The notes: generated from the letters alone by a model not told the origin. DNA of 49,247 nucleotides from Candidatus Pacearchaeota archaeon (GCA_016204145.1 JACQLK010000022.1:1-49247), one strand, 5' to 3'. Positions 1 to 10,749 are shown, counted from the first letter of the stretch. Program-made: numbers and translations.

Positions 1-7
1 AAAAAAT

Positions 8-165
8 CCCCCGCCGCCCGCCCCTAAGAAGCAAAGATAAAATTATTTTTTAACCGAGTTATCTCGCGAAATTGCCCGCCGCCACCCCGATAAAGCAAAT
101 GTTAATCTATAACAAATTCTATTATTTATGATTGAGATTTTTACATTAGCCATTTTAAATAATCT
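8..165 (+). repeat. Intergenic repeat family copy (two C-rich tracts, then AAATGTTAAT...ACATTAGCCATTT core)
   Basis: Similar to copies at ~7890, ~27984, ~29855, ~46403; CGCGAAATTGCCCGCC (65-80) resembles 30071-30090. Confidence 0.75.
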
Positions 166-253
166 CCAATTTGAATATCCCTTCTAAAATGAATAAATCT
201 TATTTATACAACCGGAAACTTCTTTTGATTAATTTTATATATTTGAAAATTCA

Positions 254-985
254 ATGTCTCTAATGGATAAAAAAGGTCAGCTGACGATTTTTATAATTCT
301 TGCGCTTGTTCTTGTCGGAGCGGTTGTTTTGTTTTTCGCGTTTCAAAATAATTTGATTCGGCAGCCGACAAATCCCGACGCAGGCAGGGTTCAAAATTTT
401 GTGCAGAACTGCATTAAACAAGAAGGAGAAGAAACAATTTATCAAACAGGGAAAAACGGGGGATATTTTTTCCCGCCAAATTTTTCTTTGCCGTCGGGAG
501 TTGCTATTTATTATGCAAACAACAAGAATTACGTTCCTTCAAAAAAACAAATTGAAGATGAAATTTCTTTTTTCATGAATGAGAAATTGTTTTTCTGCGC
601 GAGAAATTTTGCTGATTTTCCCGACTTGGAAATAACACAAGGGGAAATAAAAACACAAACAGATGTTCAAGATAATAAAGTCGTTTTCAATGTGAATTAT
701 CCGATAAGAATTTCAAAGGATAAAGATGTTTCTTTGCTTAATAATTTCAAGCAAGAAATTTCAATAAGGGCGGGAATTGTTTACGCCTCTGTCGCGGAAT
801 TTATGAGAAATAAAACAAGCGAAGGCATTTGCATTTCCTGCATGCTTGAAATTTCCGAGAAAAACGACTTGTATGTTGAAATGATGGATTACGACGAAAA
901 CACGACAATTTTTATCTTTAGAGATAAGAATTCAAAAATAAACAACGAGGATTTCACGTGGATTTTTGCGGAGAGGTATGGATAA
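254..985 (+). CDS. Pilin-like protein with archaeal class III signal peptide
   Basis: KKG|QLTIFII plus hydrophobic helix; paralogous to the N-terminus of 17435..19336 (C..G..GGY). Confidence 0.75.
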   Translation: MSLMDKKGQLTIFIILALVLVGAVVLFFAFQNNLIRQPTNPDAGRVQNFVQNCIKQEGEETIYQTGKNGGYFFPPNFSLPSGVAIYYANNKNYVPSKKQIEDEISFFMNEKLFFCARNFADFPDLEITQGEIKTQTDVQDNKVVFNVNYPIRISKDKDVSLLNNFKQEISIRAGIVYASVAEFMRNKTSEGICISCMLEISEKNDLYVEMMDYDENTTIFIFRDKNSKINNEDFTWIFAERYG

Positions 986-986
986 A

Positions 987-3107
987 ATGAAAATAAAAAA
1001 TAAAATATTTTTTGCGCTGATGGGAACGGTTTTAATTGCTAATTTGGTTTTAATTAGTGCAGAATTAACAGATTTAAGCAAGAGTTTGGATTTTAACGAT
1101 AACACCATAACTACATTTAGCTCTGACGGAATATCGTATGAAAAAACAGCCGATGGTGCTACAATAACATTCAAAGGCGGAGAGGTCACTGTTAAAGGAA
1201 ATTCTTTTGCAAACATAAAATCCGAAGAGGAAGCAAAACTTCCGTCTAAAATAAATCTTGACAAAGATGGAAAAGTCACAAACGCGGAATTCACAGTAAA
1301 TGAAAAAGGCGGGAATTATGTTTTTGGAAACACGCAGATTTATGCTCCGCCGAATTCAAGAGTTATGTTTGATGAAAAGACTGGAATTAGGATAAAAATT
1401 CCCGAAGGAAGCGAGATGAGCGATATTCCAAAACAAAAAGACATTTCAATCCCGTCTGAATATACGACGATAATTGAAGGAAATAATTACAAACTCCCAA
1501 ACAAGGCAGTTGTTAATGGGAAATTGGGATTTGATAAAAATGGGCAGGCGTTTGTTTCCCTTGACGACAAAACAATTGTAAATGGTGTTGAATTGACAAG
1601 CGGAATCAGTAAGCGTCCTCGGGAATACGGCGGAGAAGTTAATGTGTTTTTTGACGGACAAAAACATGAGGGGGACTATGCCTCTTTTGATTTGAAAAAT
1701 AAAAAGTTAATTTTATCCTCTGAAAAAAATGAAAATTTTATAACTAATTTTAATGGGGAAAATCCTTTTTTGAAAATTGACGAAGGAGATTATGTTACAG
1801 CAAAACCCTTGCCAGGAGGGGAAATTGAAATTCAGAATAGAGATGAAGAGGGACTGATTCCGAGGGTTACAACAAGAGGAAATTTTATTATAGATGAGGA
1901 TGGAAAATCAATATTTTATAAAGAAGAAGATTATTACAGGAAATTGGATGTTTTCCAAAAACTATTTTCTAATAGTAAGAGTACTACCACGTCTCCTATA
2001 GAACTTGATGTTTTTAATAAAGATGGTTTAAGCGCCTTTAAAAATAAAATACTTGTTGATAATTTTAATAGATTTATTTTTGATATACCCTCAAGTTCAC
2101 AGATTTTTTTTTCTTTTTTTTCAGAATCAGACTCACAAGTAATTAGTCTATCTAAGGTGGAAGGGATACCTTCTGTAGTATCCTCTTCAAGAATAAATTA
2201 TAACTATCCTTCTGAAGAAAGTTTAATTGCTTTAACTGGAAAAGAATTGATTTTCAGTGATGTTTCTCAAGGGGGCAAGGATTTACTTTTAGGAAGATTA
2301 AGGGATTATTGGGGAACTTTAACGCCCGAAACACAAGATTCTTTTAATCGGATTTCTTTTTTAAGCAGGTCTTCTTTCGAAGAACAATATAAACATATAA
2401 ATTTTGGGGAAAACCGGCCTATTGAATCTGTGGGGGCATTTGCAGGATTAAATGATATTGTTATTTCGCAAAATAGATTTGACTTTGAAACCTTTAGGCA
2501 CGAAGCGGCACATGAACTTCATTTATATGGGGTGGTCCATCAAAATGAAAAATATGCCCAGATAACCGATCAAATTAGTAAATTGCAGAATCAACTGGGA
2601 AGTTATGATAAAGAATTTGAAAATTTTGTCGCCGAATCCGATAAAAAAGGAATTTTTTGGCACGATACAGAACGTGGAACTTTTCTAAATTCTAAAATAA
2701 ATGAAATTGGAAATATAATAAGTTCTTTAGATTATGAGAAATGGGGTCTTATAGCTTCAGAAAAACAGTTATTTGATAATCAATGGAATTCTATTGTGGG
2801 AGAAAATTTTTACAACGGAGGAGTAGGAAAACTTGGAAAAGATGGCTATTGGAAATATAAAGATAATCCTTCTAGTAACGGTCCTGAACGAGGATTAATC
2901 ATGCCTTATGGTAGTTGGAATATCCATGAAGACGTCGCAACATTTGTTGGAGAAGTTAATAATCCTAAATTTTTTGCCCCTTTGATAAATCCAGACAGAC
3001 CTGATTACGACATTCGCTACAGACAAAAACTTGATTTATTGCATCAATATAAATTCATTTCTGACTCTGAATATAATAAAATTTTGGAGGTTGCGGGAGT
3101 AAAATAA
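987..3107 (+). CDS. Secreted protein with C-terminal zinc metallopeptidase-like domain
   Basis: Signal peptide from ATG 987; HEAAH at 2499-2513 and downstream EDVA (gluzincin-like third ligand) at ~2928. Confidence 0.65.
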   Translation: MKIKNKIFFALMGTVLIANLVLISAELTDLSKSLDFNDNTITTFSSDGISYEKTADGATITFKGGEVTVKGNSFANIKSEEEAKLPSKINLDKDGKVTNAEFTVNEKGGNYVFGNTQIYAPPNSRVMFDEKTGIRIKIPEGSEMSDIPKQKDISIPSEYTTIIEGNNYKLPNKAVVNGKLGFDKNGQAFVSLDDKTIVNGVELTSGISKRPREYGGEVNVFFDGQKHEGDYASFDLKNKKLILSSEKNENFITNFNGENPFLKIDEGDYVTAKPLPGGEIEIQNRDEEGLIPRVTTRGNFIIDEDGKSIFYKEEDYYRKLDVFQKLFSNSKSTTTSPIELDVFNKDGLSAFKNKILVDNFNRFIFDIPSSSQIFFSFFSESDSQVISLSKVEGIPSVVSSSRINYNYPSEESLIALTGKELIFSDVSQGGKDLLLGRLRDYWGTLTPETQDSFNRISFLSRSSFEEQYKHINFGENRPIESVGAFAGLNDIVISQNRFDFETFRHEAAHELHLYGVVHQNEKYAQITDQISKLQNQLGSYDKEFENFVAESDKKGIFWHDTERGTFLNSKINEIGNIISSLDYEKWGLIASEKQLFDNQWNSIVGENFYNGGVGKLGKDGYWKYKDNPSSNGPERGLIMPYGSWNIHEDVATFVGEVNNPKFFAPLINPDRPDYDIRYRQKLDLLHQYKFISDSEYNKILEVAGVK

Positions 3108-3246
3108 AAATGATAAAAAATAAAATAACGCTTCCCCCACAGGAGTTCGATAAAATGAAAAATAAAATTTTTCAGCATAAAAGTAGGAAATTTTCAAAAT
3201 TGCCGACTAGGAAATCGGCTCAAATAAATTTCAGAAGAAATTTATA

Positions 3247-3852
3247 ATGAACAAACAAATAATCTTTTTAATTTTTACAATGACTTTCTTAGCTTTTGCT
3301 TTTAACGTTTCCGCAATTCAGCAACCGTTAGTTTATTACAAATTAAATCTTGATTATAATTACGGAAACATAACAATAAATTCCAGCAGCATTGAACTTA
3401 GCAATAAAATTCTGGACAACAATTTTGGATTTTACACCGCAAGCGTTTTGGATTTTAATGGAAATTTAATTAATTTAACTTTTTTTGACGTTCCAAATCA
3501 AATTATTTACGATACCGTTGATTCAAACGGAACAATAAACGGCGGCGGACAATTGGAATTGAACCAAACAAATTTTGATATTTTTGTTCCTTATTATAAA
3601 AATGCGAGGGAAGTAAAAATTTACAATCAAAATTTAAGCGAATTGACAAAAATTGATGTGAGCGAGTTTTCAAAGGAAATACAGAAAGTTGAAAATGTTT
3701 CTAAAACTCCTGAAAGCGGAAAAGAAACAGGAAAAAAAGAAATTCCGACAGAAAGTTTAACGGATAAAATTGCGAAATACTGGTGGGCCTTGGTTATTGT
3801 GCTTGTAGTTCTAATTGGGTATTTGTTTTATTCTTTAACTGGAAAGAGGTAA
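3247..3852 (+). CDS. Secreted protein with C-terminal membrane anchor
   Basis: N-terminal signal peptide; C-terminal TM helix (WWALVIVLVVLIGYLF) and basic tail. Confidence 0.7.
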   Translation: MNKQIIFLIFTMTFLAFAFNVSAIQQPLVYYKLNLDYNYGNITINSSSIELSNKILDNNFGFYTASVLDFNGNLINLTFFDVPNQIIYDTVDSNGTINGGGQLELNQTNFDIFVPYYKNAREVKIYNQNLSELTKIDVSEFSKEIQKVENVSKTPESGKETGKKEIPTESLTDKIAKYWWALVIVLVVLIGYLFYSLTGKR

Positions 3853-3862
3853 TTTTTTCATG

Positions 3863-3877
3863 CAAATTCTTAAAAAC
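3863..3877 (+). promoter_or_regulatory. Putative BRE/TATA promoter element CAAATTCTTAAAAAC
   Basis: Ends 21 nt before ATG 3898; identical 15-mer at 11642-11656 at the same spacing. Confidence 0.5.
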
Positions 3878-3897
3878 ACCGATTATTTATTTGCGTG

Positions 3898-4851
3898 ATG
3901 GAAGACGGGAATTATGAAAAACTTGTGCATTTGATTTCAAAATCCTCGAGTTTGCCAAGGGACGAAATAGAAAAAAAAGTTGTTGCAAAGAGGGAGAGAA
4001 TATCGGGATTGATAAGCAAGGAGGGCGCGGCGCAGATAATCGCCGCCGAACTCGGAGTGAGCTTGGACGGCGGAAAATTGAAAATAGACGAGCTTCTTTC
4101 GGGAATGAAAAAAGTCAATGTCGTCGGAAAAATTTTGAACATTTCTCCGGTAAGGAGTTTCACGACGAAAAATGGAAAAGAGGGAAAAGTAGTGAACTTG
4201 ATTGTTGCAGACGAAACATCAAACGTCAAAGTCGTTCTTTGGGATTTGAATCACATTGTAAAGATAGAGAAAAATGAAATTTCCCACGAAAGCGTCGTTG
4301 AAATAACCAACGGAATGATGAGGGAAAATGAACTGCATTTGGGAAATTTTTCCGAGATAAAACTGAGCGGCGAAGAAATTGGCGAGGTAAAGACCGCGAG
4401 AGTCGTGAAAGAAAAGAAAATCTCGGAACTGAACATGGGAGACAATGCGAAATTAAGGGCTTTCATCGTCCAGGCGTTTGAACCGAAGCCGTTCAACGTT
4501 TGCAAAGAATGCAGAAAAAAAGCGGTTCAGGAAGGGGATTATTTTACATGCGCCGAGCACGGAAAAACAATTCCCGAGAAAAGATTCCTCATGAATTTTG
4601 TCCTTGACGACGGAACAGGAACAATCCGCGCTGTGGCGTTTCATGAAAATTTGAAAAATCTCGGATTCGCCGATTTTGAAAATCCGGAGATTTTGGCAAG
4701 ACAGAGAGAGCAAATTCTCGGAAAAGAAATGTTTTTCTCGGGAAATGTGAGGATGAACAAATTTTTTAACAATCAGGAGTTTTCGATAAATGCGATAGAA
4801 GGAATAAACATTGACGAATTGATTGCGGTTGCCGGAAAAAATGGAATTTAA
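3898..4851 (+). CDS. rpa: Replication protein A / OB-fold ssDNA-binding protein
   Basis: GLISKEGAA N-terminal motif; OB folds (VADETSNVKVVLW, LDDGTGTIRAVAF); CxxC..CxxH zinc finger. Confidence 0.85.
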   Translation: MEDGNYEKLVHLISKSSSLPRDEIEKKVVAKRERISGLISKEGAAQIIAAELGVSLDGGKLKIDELLSGMKKVNVVGKILNISPVRSFTTKNGKEGKVVNLIVADETSNVKVVLWDLNHIVKIEKNEISHESVVEITNGMMRENELHLGNFSEIKLSGEEIGEVKTARVVKEKKISELNMGDNAKLRAFIVQAFEPKPFNVCKECRKKAVQEGDYFTCAEHGKTIPEKRFLMNFVLDDGTGTIRAVAFHENLKNLGFADFENPEILARQREQILGKEMFFSGNVRMNKFFNNQEFSINAIEGINIDELIAVAGKNGI

Positions 4852-5245
4852 AAAAATCGTGAAAATCCTAGGATTTTTCATGTATCCGATTTTGCTTTTT
4901 TTGTGGAATGTAATCATTACGTTGCTTGGTTTTTACGATTCTTTTCCGTGGCTTGACATTCCGATGCATTTCCTCGGCGGAATCGCGGTCGGTTACAGTT
5001 TTTTTCTGACGCTGAATTATCTTCAGGAAAGAGAGAATTTTCAGAACAAAAAAATTTACACGGCGGTTTTCGGCATAGCGCTTGTTTCTTTGATTGCGGT
5101 ATTTTGGGAATTTTACGAATTCGGAATGGATTATTTTTTCGGCTTGAATTACCAGCTGTCTGTAGCAGACACGATGCTTGATTTTTTTCTCGGGATTTTA
5201 GGAGGAGCGTTTGTCAATATGATTTTATTTTTGAAGGGCGATTAA
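4841..5245 (+). CDS. Integral membrane protein (DUF2238/VanZ-like)
   Basis: Four TM helices; WLDIPMHFLGG, WEFYEF, DTMLD motifs. Confidence 0.65.
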   Translation: MEFKKIVKILGFFMYPILLFLWNVIITLLGFYDSFPWLDIPMHFLGGIAVGYSFFLTLNYLQERENFQNKKIYTAVFGIALVSLIAVFWEFYEFGMDYFFGLNYQLSVADTMLDFFLGILGGAFVNMILFLKGD

Positions 5246-5280
5246 ATTAATTTTAAATTTGTCCCGCTGTCCGCTTTGAA

Positions 5281-5425
5281 AACTAGAGGAGAAGAAATTT
5301 GCTTCACTTTGCTCAGAGATTAATGGCTTCGCGCCAGATTTTATCAAGGCGCTCCGCGAAATAAAGCGGTTAACGTGAAAAACATCGCGAGTTTTTATTA
5401 TGGCGCTTTGATGTTAACATTCTTC
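5281..5425 (+). repeat. Intergenic repeat, module B plus GTTAAC...GTTAACATT end
   Basis: About 95 bp closely similar to 12945-13038 (GGCTTCGCGCCAG..TCAAGGC..CGCGAAATAAA..GTTAA). Confidence 0.8.
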
Positions 5426-5487
5426 TTGGCAAAAACAATATTCTGAATCCGAATAATCTTTATAAAGTTCTTTAATCAAAACTTTTT

Positions 5488-5769
5488 ATGGCGACGCCGA
5501 AAGAGGTATTCTATGGATTTCACGGGAGTGTCGAGAGAGGATTATTGAAGGATATCCTAAAAGATATGGATAAAATTTCGGGAATGCCTGTTCAAGAAAA
5601 AATGGATTTGGAAAAGATGTCCCGGCTGATAGAGTTTAGAGGCAATCCTGCGAGGTATCTTGTCAGAGATGTTCAAATGGAAAATCCAAACGGAAAAAAT
5701 GAAGTTGATTATACCTGTTATTTTGATGAAGATGGAACAATTAAAAAGAAAGAAGGATTGGAGTATTAA
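5488..5769 (+). CDS. Hypothetical protein, first gene of the radA operon
   Basis: TTTATAAA box about 22 nt upstream; 2-nt gap to radA. Confidence 0.65.
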   Translation: MATPKEVFYGFHGSVERGLLKDILKDMDKISGMPVQEKMDLEKMSRLIEFRGNPARYLVRDVQMENPNGKNEVDYTCYFDEDGTIKKKEGLEY

Positions 5770-5771
5770 TC

Positions 5772-6782
5772 ATGGCGAAAAAAGTCGACGATTCCGATGA
5801 AGAAGTTGAAGAGAAAAAAATTGAAGAGGGAAAAGAGCCGCAGCTTACCGACCTTCCCGGAATCGGGCCGGCTGTGGCGGCAAAAATAGAGGCGGCTGGA
5901 ATTTATGATTTGATGTCTCTTGCGGTAATGTCTCCCGCGACGCTCGGGGATATCGCCGGCGTGGGTCCCGCAGTGGCGAGAAAGGCGATTCAAGCGGCGA
6001 GAAATATGCTAAATTTGGGATTTACCGACGGCGCGGAATACGCAAAGAAGAGGGAAAATATTATTTATATCACGACGGGAAGCAAAAATCTTGACTCTTT
6101 ACTCGGGGGAAAAGGCGTGGAAGGAAGAGCAATAACCGAGGCGTTCGGCGCGTATGGAAGCGGAAAAACGCAGGTTGGTTTGAGCTTGGCCGTGAATGTT
6201 CAACTTCCGCTGGAGCAGGGCGGAGCAAACGGAAAATGCGTTTTCATAGACACAGAGGGAACTTTCAGACCCGTGAGAATAAAGCAAATTGCGGAAAAAA
6301 TCGGCGCAAATTCCGAGAAGGTTTTAAAAAATATTTTCGTCGCGCGAGCGTTTAATTCGGATCATCAGATTCTTTTGCTTGAAAAAATCGGCGAAATGAT
6401 AAAGAACGGGGAGCCGATAAAACTTTTGATAATCGATTCTTTGACGGCGCATTTTCGAGCGGAATATGCGGGAAGGGGGCAATTGGCAGACAGGCAGCAG
6501 AAATTGAACAAATATCTTCATGATTTGATGAAATTGGCGGAGACATACAATCTCGCGGTTTACGTGACAAATCAGGTCATGGCGAATCCCGCGCAAATGT
6601 TCGGCGACCCAACGGTCGCAATCGGAGGAAACATCGTCGGACACGCAAGCACTTACAGGATTTATTTGCGACGCGGAAAACAGGGAAGCAGGGTCGCGAA
6701 GATGATTGACTCTCCAAATCTGCCTGAGAACGAAATTATTTTCTACCTTACCGAAGGCGGAGCAAAAGACGAGGGGGAATAA
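5772..6782 (+). CDS. radA: DNA repair and recombination protein RadA
   Basis: N-terminal HhH (LPGIGP), Walker [38 protein letters not shown]. Confidence 0.97.
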   Translation: MAKKVDDSDEEVEEKKIEEGKEPQLTDLPGIGPAVAAKIEAAGIYDLMSLAVMSPATLGDIAGVGPAVARKAIQAARNMLNLGFTDGAEYAKKRENIIYITTGSKNLDSLLGGKGVEGRAITEAFGAYGSGKTQVGLSLAVNVQLPLEQGGANGKCVFIDTEGTFRPVRIKQIAEKIGANSEKVLKNIFVARAFNSDHQILLLEKIGEMIKNGEPIKLLIIDSLTAHFRAEYAGRGQLADRQQKLNKYLHDLMKLAETYNLAVYVTNQVMANPAQMFGDPTVAIGGNIVGHASTYRIYLRRGKQGSRVAKMIDSPNLPENEIIFYLTEGGAKDEGE

Positions 6783-7175
6783 ATGACAATAGATTACAAA
6801 GTCGGCGGCACGAATATTGAAGCGGCAAGTTTGCCCTCAAGAGTTTATTTTGACGAGGAATGCAGAGAACTGTCGTCGATTTATGATACGAGAAACTGTC
6901 CGGATGAATACGTTCCAAGCACGCTCGGAGATGTTTATGCAGAAATTGGAGTTCAAAAATTTCTCGGTTTTTCAAAACTTAGCGGGAAGTTCGTCGGCGT
7001 TGAGAAGAATGAACTCTTGAATTTTTTAAAAGATTTTGCCGTTGGCGAATACGATTTCGGATTTGCGATGCGAAGCGGTTTTTTCAGAAGTTCGCAAATC
7101 AACGGGAGAGAAATTTTATTTCCGACGCCGTCTCTTTTGGAAAATCAAAAAGTCGGGAAGAGAAAAAGAAAATAA
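6783..7175 (+). CDS. Hypothetical protein
   Basis: 130-aa ORF abutting the radA stop codon. Confidence 0.6.
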   Translation: MTIDYKVGGTNIEAASLPSRVYFDEECRELSSIYDTRNCPDEYVPSTLGDVYAEIGVQKFLGFSKLSGKFVGVEKNELLNFLKDFAVGEYDFGFAMRSGFFRSSQINGREILFPTPSLLENQKVGKRKRK

Positions 7176-7213
7176 ATCAAAATCTCCGCTTTATTTTTAC
7201 AATCTTTTACAAA

Positions 7214-7306
7214 TGCCCCCACGAGGAGTCGAACCCCGAACACAACCTGTTTGCAAGAATTTTTCCTTGCCGCAAGGTCGTATTATATCCGTTTAACTAT
7301 GAGGGC
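7214..7306 (-). tRNA. tRNA-Arg(GCG) with 21-nt intron at 37/38 (7249-7269)
   Basis: Cloverleaf; CGACC-TTGCGG|intron|A-GGTTG; T arm GGTTCGACTCC; BHB central helix TTGC/GCAA. Confidence 0.9.
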
Positions 7307-7341
7307 TTAAAAATATAAATCGGGATTTCTCTTATAAAATT

Positions 7342-7854
7342 ATGCCTGCGAAGAAGATAAGCATAGAAAACGCGAAAGAGGACAAACTTTTCTATTTTGT
7401 CGCAAACGTTGTCGTTTATCGCGAGAGCGACGGGAGATGTCTGATTCTTAAGAGAGACGAAAGGGAGAAAGTTCATCCTGGAAAATACGCGGTTCCCGGA
7501 GGGAAACTTGAATGGAGAGACCTTGACATAAATAATCCGACGAGAATGAACGGAGAGGTTATTGATTTTGAAAATTCCGTCGAGGATTTATTAAAAAGAG
7601 AGGCAATGGAAGAGGCGGGAATAGAAATACAAGACGGACTTTTTTACATAAACAGCGTCGTGTTTGTAAGGCCCGACGGGGTTCCCGTAGTTTTGGTAAA
7701 ATTTGCCGCGAAATACAAATCGGGAGAAGTTGTTCTTGAAGAAAAGGGCTTCACCGATTACGCGTGGGTTAACGGCGAAGAAATTGAAAATTACGACTGC
7801 ATTGACGGAATAGAAGAAGAGATAAGAAAGACGATAAAATTATTTTCCAGATAA
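7342..7854 (+). CDS. NUDIX hydrolase
   Basis: PGGKLE...KREAMEEAGI Nudix box interrupted by an insertion of about 18 aa. Confidence 0.85.
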   Translation: MPAKKISIENAKEDKLFYFVANVVVYRESDGRCLILKRDEREKVHPGKYAVPGGKLEWRDLDINNPTRMNGEVIDFENSVEDLLKREAMEEAGIEIQDGLFYINSVVFVRPDGVPVVLVKFAAKYKSGEVVLEEKGFTDYAWVNGEEIENYDCIDGIEEEIRKTIKLFSR

Positions 7855-7889
7855 ATTCATTTATCTTCCAGTTTCCTTGGCTAATTTTA

Positions 7890-8040
7890 CCCCCGCCCTC
7901 CCGCCCAACAAAACCAATGCTAATCTAAAAAAATCCGTTTGCCGTCTATTTTAACCTATAACTCCTTCCATTAATATACGATTGAGTTTTACATTAACAT
8001 TCTTTAAATGATTCTTATGCAGAAATCCCTGCCGCCGCCA
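7890..8040 (+). repeat. Intergenic repeat family copy with G4-type tract
   Basis: CCCCCGCCCTCCCGCCC AACAAAACCAA...CCGTTTGCC.TCT.TTTTAACC..ACATTAACATT; closest to 46403-46530. Confidence 0.8.
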
Positions 8041-8087
8041 AAAATAAAACAAAATCAAACTCAATGCCATAATCTTAAAATTCCAAT

Positions 8088-8663
8088 TTATCCCAAAAGC
8101 ATTTCCGTCGCGGTTTTATAATTTTCGTGAATCTCATTCGGAGAAAACCACAAGGAAATTTCGCGTTTTGCGTTTTCAACGGAATCGGAAGCGTGGACGA
8201 GATTTCTCATTACTCTTTTGTTTTCGTCGGCGACGGCATAGGATTCAATTGAAACAAAGTCGCCGCGTATCGTGCCAGGTTGTGAAGAACGCGGCTCTGT
8301 GCTTCCGACAATTTTTCTCACGATTTCAATTGCGTGCGGACCTTGAAGAACAATCGCGATTATCGGACCTTCGCATAAAAAATCGCAGTTCCACGATTGA
8401 ATCGTTTTTCCGATGTGCATGTGGCCTTTGTATGGAAACTTTCTTCCTTCTTTGTCATACGATTTTTTTGACTTCTCGTAAACATTCTTCGCCCATTCCT
8501 CGTCGAGAAAATAATGCTTTTTCGCGAGCTCTTCGTCGGCGGAGAGCATTTTCATCGCGACTATTTTCAAACCCGCCTCTTCAAAACGCGAAATTATTTT
8601 TCCGGAAATTCCGCGCTTGACACCGTCGGGTTTTATCAGAACGAATGTTTTTTCCCGCGCCAT
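8088..8663 (-). CDS. ndk: Nucleoside diphosphate kinase
   Basis: EKTFVLIKPDGVKRG, PGTIRGDF, NLVHASDS catalytic His; carries an internal insertion. Confidence 0.95.
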   Translation of the reverse strand: MAREKTFVLIKPDGVKRGISGKIISRFEEAGLKIVAMKMLSADEELAKKHYFLDEEWAKNVYEKSKKSYDKEGRKFPYKGHMHIGKTIQSWNCDFLCEGPIIAIVLQGPHAIEIVRKIVGSTEPRSSQPGTIRGDFVSIESYAVADENKRVMRNLVHASDSVENAKREISLWFSPNEIHENYKTATEMLLG

Positions 8664-8804
8664 GAATTCCTTTTTGATAAATTCGGTTTATAATTCTTTT
8701 CATAAAAACTTTGGAAACCTTTTTTCAAAGAAAGATTTATAAATGCTATGAATTTGTTTTATAGAATTCACTTACTGGATTAAAAAAACAAAAAAGGATT
8801 GAAA

Positions 8805-10652
8805 ATGATTTTTGACAAAAAAGGGTTGAAAGGAAACAATTTTGTGCATTTGTTTTTTGCATTTTTATTTGTCGCGAGTTTGGTTTATGTGGGAAGTTTT
8901 GCTATGGCTCAAACGGTTATCGGACTTCTTAATATTACAAATGGCGCGGGTGTTCAATTCAATGCAAGTTCCAATCTTACAAGTATCAGCGTTAATAATA
9001 CTGGTGAGGGTGTGCTGTTAAATATTAATGAAGATACTAATTACGTATTTAATTTCAGCATTGACCATATTGCCGCCGCAAGAAACTTGACCGCAATAAA
9101 TATTACTCTGCCTTCAACTTTTGCTTATTGGAATGGTTCAAGTAGAGTTGGAAACGCCAGTACAGGCATCATCTCGTTTAATGTCACTCAAAGTGCTGCT
9201 GGAAATTTTAATGGTTCAGTATTGACTTGGAATGCAACTAATCTCACAAGTTGGATTATTAATCGCACAGGTTTTAACAATTACACTTATATTGCGTTTA
9301 ATGCAACTGCATGGGAACCTGGATATTATAACATGAGCGTCAGATTTTTCTATAATGCCACATTTTCTGCAGCAAACTTGGTGCCCGGAGGTTATAACGA
9401 AACAAACTTTTCAATCAGAGTAAATGACAGAACGAAACCATATGAAATTAATTTGTCCACCATCCCAAAGACATATCCAAATATTTCCGGTTCATTTACG
9501 ATTAATCTCTCTGTTTTGGATAATGGAAATCTTACTGCCGGATTAAGAGAGTATGATGTAACCGGAGTGAATATTACCATTATTAATAGCACAAACGGCA
9601 TGATCGCATCTTATCTTGCAACAAATGTTAGTGATAAATACTGGAATATTACCATACCAACTACCTCATTTTCAGATGGATTATACAACTTTTCTATTTT
9701 TGCCAATGACAGTGATAATAACATAAATGTTACCAATATAAGTAACGTTCGAATAGATAACACTGCGCCAACAGGAAGCGTTTCATGTACGCCCGGGACG
9801 GTTAATTTAGGGGATACTGTAACATGCACATGTTCTCCAAGCGACGGAGGTTCAGGAGAGAACAGCAGCGCAACTTCAATCACCGCGAATCCTTCAACAA
9901 CAAATACTGGAACTTATACTGTATCATGTTCTTTTGCAGATCTGGCAGGAAAGACGGGGACCGCATCAGGAACATACGTTGTTGAGCAAGGAGGAAATGT
10001 TGCTGGAACAGGTACTGGCGGAAGCGGTTCAGCGGCAACAGCAGGAACAACTGCGAAAGTTCAGTCGTTTACAAAAATAACTCCCGGAGCGGCTTCAATA
10101 GTTAAGAATTTCGACGCTGAAACGGGATTAAAAGAAATCCAGATAGATGTAAAGAACGAGGCGCAGAATGTCAAGGTAAGCGTAACAAAATATTCGGGAA
10201 AGCCCGCGGAGGTTTCTGTTGAGAAAGCTGGAAAGGTATTTCAGTATATGCAGATAAAAGTTGACAATGTTGCGGACAAATTAAACAAAGCGACAATTTC
10301 AACAAAGGTCAAGAAGACATGGGTTTCGGACAACGGTTTGACTAAAGATAAGGTCTCGTTGTTCAAGTTTGACGAAACAGCTGGAAAGTGGAATGAGTTG
10401 ACAACAACATTCGCAAGCGAAGATACGACATACTACTATTATGATGCCGAAGTGACGAGTTTCAGTTATTTTGCAATAGGGGAAAGAGGAGTTGTTGAAG
10501 TGACGACGCCTGGCACGGGAACGACTCCCGGCGGAGAAGATACTTCTGGAACGACGACGGCAGGCGGAACAAATTTGACTTGGTTATGGGTATTAATCGG
10601 CGTGGTCGTTTTAGCCGCGATTGCATGGTTTGTTTGGGGCAGAAAAAAATAA
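8805..10652 (+). CDS. Cell-surface glycoprotein with PGF-pre-PGF-like domain and C-terminal TM anchor
   Basis: Signal peptide, many N-x-S/T sequons, YYYDAEVTSFSYFAIG, Thr/Gly linker, TM plus RKK. Confidence 0.8.
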   Translation: MIFDKKGLKGNNFVHLFFAFLFVASLVYVGSFAMAQTVIGLLNITNGAGVQFNASSNLTSISVNNTGEGVLLNINEDTNYVFNFSIDHIAAARNLTAINITLPSTFAYWNGSSRVGNASTGIISFNVTQSAAGNFNGSVLTWNATNLTSWIINRTGFNNYTYIAFNATAWEPGYYNMSVRFFYNATFSAANLVPGGYNETNFSIRVNDRTKPYEINLSTIPKTYPNISGSFTINLSVLDNGNLTAGLREYDVTGVNITIINSTNGMIASYLATNVSDKYWNITIPTTSFSDGLYNFSIFANDSDNNINVTNISNVRIDNTAPTGSVSCTPGTVNLGDTVTCTCSPSDGGSGENSSATSITANPSTTNTGTYTVSCSFADLAGKTGTASGTYVVEQGGNVAGTGTGGSGSAATAGTTAKVQSFTKITPGAASIVKNFDAETGLKEIQIDVKNEAQNVKVSVTKYSGKPAEVSVEKAGKVFQYMQIKVDNVADKLNKATISTKVKKTWVSDNGLTKDKVSLFKFDETAGKWNELTTTFASEDTTYYYYDAEVTSFSYFAIGERGVVEVTTPGTGTTPGGEDTSGTTTAGGTNLTWLWVLIGVVVLAAIAWFVWGRKK

Positions 10653-10749
10653 TTTTGAGTTTTTTGCGGACATATACCCTGTTGGAAGAACACTTTCTTT
10701 TTTAATGAAACTTTTTCAATCATAAACCAAATTTATTTAAAAAATCTTA

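Noticed and set aside
5772-6782. Intein in RadA
   Set aside because: Normal length with contiguous ATPase motifs.
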